This document shows, in pieces, positions 29,494 through 32,000 of a stretch of DNA of 32,000 nucleotides. Each line of letters begins with the position of its first letter. Positions within the stretch are counted from its first letter, which is position 1. Made by a program: the position numbers and the translations under genes. The notes under the pieces were generated by a model that saw only the letters and a list, made by a program, of their open reading frames with translations, was not told where the DNA came from and did not search any database. Origin of the DNA: Candidatus Saccharimonadota bacterium (GTDB lineage: Bacteria > Pseudomonadota > Gammaproteobacteria > Enterobacterales > Enterobacteriaceae); contig CP188087.1 in assembly GCA_049942775.1 (NCBI GenBank), forward strand, positions 90,001-122,000. Reading direction: 5' to 3'.

Positions 29494-31566
29494 TTAAAGA
29501 ATAGAAAAATCGGAAATATAGAGAAATAATTGTTTAATTTTGTTTAATAAATTTAATCTATTATTTTTTATTTCTTTATTTTTATCATTAATAATTGTTG
29601 TTTTAAAAAAATTTTCAATTGGTTTATTGAAATTAATAAAATTATTAATAATTTCATCATATTTTTTTGTATCATTCAAAAGATTAATTTTTTTTTCTAA
29701 TTCAAAAGTTAAATCAAATAACTTTTTTTCTTCCATATTTTGAAATAAACTTTTTTTAATTATTTTTTTTATTTTAAAATTTGATTGTTTCAAGATATTA
29801 GATATTCTTTTATATGAAAGAATTAGTGTTTTATAATTTTTGTTTTTTTTTAAATTGATAATAATTTTTATACAAGTATCGATAAAAATTGGGCTTTTTT
29901 GTTTTATGTCTAATACAGATTTAATTATATTTGTTTCATATCCTTTTTTTTTATATAAATCCAAATATCTATTCGAAAAGAAGCAAATAAGTTTTTCTAT
30001 AGATTCATTATTATTGTCTTGTTTTTGAAAATATAATTTAAATGATTTTTGAATTAATTTTTTTAAATTTATTCTCATTTTTTGTTTTATCATAATGCGA
30101 ATGATTCCTATTGCTGATCTTCTTAATGCAAATGGATCTTTTTCAGAAGAAGGATATTTTTTTAAATAAAACATTCCTGTTAATAAATCAATTTTGTCAG
30201 ATATAGATAAAATGCATCCTATTTTACTAATTGGCAAATTATCATTTAAAAATGATGGATTATATTGTTCTTTAATAGAAACAGCAATGTTTTGTTCAAT
30301 CCCTTCATTTAATGCGTAATTCATTCCAATTATTCCTTGTAGCTCTGGATAAGTTGTTACCATATTACAAATTAAATCACATTTACAAATAATAGCTGCT
30401 AAAGTAACTTTGTTAGTTAAATTAGGATTAATTTTGTTAGAGATGTATTCAGATATTTTTTTTATTCTATTTGTTTTATCGAACATATTTCCTAATTTTT
30501 TTTGAAATTGAACTTTTTTTAATAGTGGCAATCTATCTTTTAGTTTTTGTTTTTGATCTTTTTTAAAGAAAAAATATGCATCTGATAATCTTGAGTTTAA
30601 AACTTTTTCATGACACTTAATAATTTTTGTTTTTTCTGAAGATTGAATGTTGCTTACAAAAATGAAACATGTGATTATTTCGTTATTTTTATTAAATATT
30701 GGAAAATATTTTTGTTCTTTTTCTACAGTGTATATGATCACTTCTTTTGGCAAAACCAGGAATTTTTTTTTAAAACTACCCATTGTCACAATTGGATATT
30801 CTACCAATGATGTTACTTCTCGTAATAATGACTCATTAATTTTTATTTTTCCATTTATTTTTTTTTCTATAGTTTTTATTCTATTTGTAATAATTTGTCT
30901 TCTTTCCTTTAGGCAAGGAATCACTTTTCCTTCTTTTATTAATATTTCTGGATATTCAGACGCTTCTTTAATTGATATTTTTTGTTTTCCTAAGGATCTA
31001 TGTCCATTAATTATTCTAGAAGAACGAATTGAAAAAATATTACATGGAACTACTTGTTTATCTAAAATTATTGAGATATTTCTTATTGGCCTAAAAAATT
31101 TTTGATTAGTTTTATTCCATTTCATTAGTTTTCCAAATGAAATTTTTTTAATAATTTTTTTGATCATTGGAATTAATAAAATTTGAATTTTTTCTCTTTT
31201 TTTGATTTTTTTGTATACCAACCATTCTCCAAAATTATTTTTTAAACGAGTTGCTTGTTCTATTTTTATTCCAATTTTTTTAGCCCAAGATAAAGAAGAT
31301 AAAGTAGGTATATTTTTATTATTAAATGCATTAAAAATTGAAGGTCCTTTTTCTATAATTTCTATTTTTTTATTTTTAATAAACAATTTTTCTACTTTAA
31401 CAGATAATCTTCTAGATGTAGCAAATGAATAGATTTCTTTAAAAGAAACGTTGTTCGAATACAATTCTGTTTTAAAGTTTTCAAAAAATAATTTAGATAT
31501 TTTATATAATTTTTTTGCAGGTAAATCTTCGGTTCCTATTTCTACAAATAGTGTTTTTTTTTTCAT
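29494..31566 (-). CDS. glyS: Glycyl-tRNA synthetase beta subunit
   Basis: MKKKTLFVEIGTEDLPAK aligns with E. coli GlyS MSEKTFLVEIGTEELPPK. Other shared motifs are MKWN, IRGHR-like INGHRS, YPEIL, DQKYFP, CDL..NMV..YPELQGI.G and KDPFALRR. I prefer the ATG at 31566 by homology; the ORF track start at 31584 adds 6 codons. Confidence 0.92.
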   Translation of the reverse strand: MKKKTLFVEIGTEDLPAKKLYKISKLFFENFKTELYSNNVSFKEIYSFATSRRLSVKVEKLFIKNKKIEIIEKGPSIFNAFNNKNIPTLSSLSWAKKIGIKIEQATRLKNNFGEWLVYKKIKKREKIQILLIPMIKKIIKKISFGKLMKWNKTNQKFFRPIRNISIILDKQVVPCNIFSIRSSRIINGHRSLGKQKISIKEASEYPEILIKEGKVIPCLKERRQIITNRIKTIEKKINGKIKINESLLREVTSLVEYPIVTMGSFKKKFLVLPKEVIIYTVEKEQKYFPIFNKNNEIITCFIFVSNIQSSEKTKIIKCHEKVLNSRLSDAYFFFKKDQKQKLKDRLPLLKKVQFQKKLGNMFDKTNRIKKISEYISNKINPNLTNKVTLAAIICKCDLICNMVTTYPELQGIIGMNYALNEGIEQNIAVSIKEQYNPSFLNDNLPISKIGCILSISDKIDLLTGMFYLKKYPSSEKDPFALRRSAIGIIRIMIKQKMRINLKKLIQKSFKLYFQKQDNNNESIEKLICFFSNRYLDLYKKKGYETNIIKSVLDIKQKSPIFIDTCIKIIINLKKNKNYKTLILSYKRISNILKQSNFKIKKIIKKSLFQNMEEKKLFDLTFELEKKINLLNDTKKYDEIINNFINFNKPIENFFKTTIINDKNKEIKNNRLNLLNKIKQLFLYISDFSIL

Positions 31567-31597
31567 AATTTTATTATCATGCATAAAGTTGTATAAT

Positions 31598-32000
31598 TTA
31601 AGTATTATTGTTATTTTTTAAATATAGTTTAGCTATTTGTTTTGTTAGTTCTTTGATTTTTAATATATAACTTTGTCTTTCAGTAATAGATATTGCTTGT
31701 CTTGATTCTAATAAGTTAAAAATATGATTTGCATATAAAACTAATTCATATGCTGGAGTTAGTAATTTTTTTTTAATCATGTGTTCTGCTTCTATTAAAT
31801 GTTTTTCAAATGTTTTAATTAAAAATCCAATTGTAGCGAATTCAAAATTATATTTAGAGTTTTCTATTTCATTTCTTAAAAAAAGTTGACCATATGTAAT
31901 TGTTTGTAAATAATTTTTTGTCCAAATTAATTCATAAACATTTTTTTTGTTTTGTATGTGTGTTAATATACGTTCTAAGCCATATGTTATTTCTATAGTT
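31598..32000 (-). CDS. glyQ: Glycyl-tRNA synthetase alpha subunit (3' part only; 5' end lies beyond the window)
   Basis: The ORF track shows only the last 60 aa. My translation of the reverse strand from the window edge stays open: [16 protein letters not shown]...VYELIW...[18 protein letters not shown].... This aligns with E. coli GlyQ [25 protein letters not shown]...[21 protein letters not shown] and ends ...[17 protein letters not shown]. Confidence 0.9.
   Translation of the reverse strand, partial: [133 protein letters not shown]

Noticed and set aside
30647-31105. 152-aa plus-strand ORF inside glyS. Similar shadow ORFs occur at 29540..29743, 29840..30028 and 31202..31432.
   Set aside because: All are antisense to the clearly homologous glyS frame. 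They are Phe/Ile/Leu-rich, as expected from reading poly-Lys/Asn codons backwards.

Overview
This window looks like a contiguous piece of an extremely A+T-rich (by eye about 20% G+C), heavily reduced gammaproteobacterial endosymbiont chromosome. It is most consistent with a Buchnera aphidicola-type aphid symbiont; that assignment is inferred from gene content, enterobacterial synteny and composition, not from a database search. The standard bacterial code applies, because TGA terminates smrB, hisD and hisC.

I can support 29 protein-coding genes and one tRNA:
- smrB (5' partial)
- the complete histidine operon hisGDCBHAFI
- gnd, dcd, metG, tilS, tRNA-Val(GAC), riboflavin synthase, nth, priA and tyrS
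- a SufA-like A-type Fe-S carrier, then aroH
- the E. coli-like block thrS-infC-rpmI-rplT-pheS-pheT-ihfA
- tgt, glyS and glyQ (5' partial)

I found no mobile elements, CRISPR arrays, integrases, toxin-antitoxin pairs or defence-type genes, and no multi-gene novel system. This is core housekeeping and host-provisioning DNA.

The points worth a second look are signs of reductive evolution:
1. thrS encodes only the catalytic and anticodon-binding domains. The TGS and editing domains are gone, and a 412-bp non-coding stretch sits where they would be.
2. priA keeps a 756-codon open frame that is colinear with E. coli PriA but has lost the Walker A and motif VI ATPase signatures.
3. A 1,053-bp ORF-free A+T desert lies between the SufA-like gene and aroH.
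4. infC starts at a conserved ATT codon that the ORF track missed.
5. A G-rich hairpin with Phe-containing mini-ORFs sits where the pheM leader lies in E. coli.
6. A perfect 24-bp palindrome lies upstream of priA.
7. Many poly(A) tracts of 10 nt or more lie inside genes.
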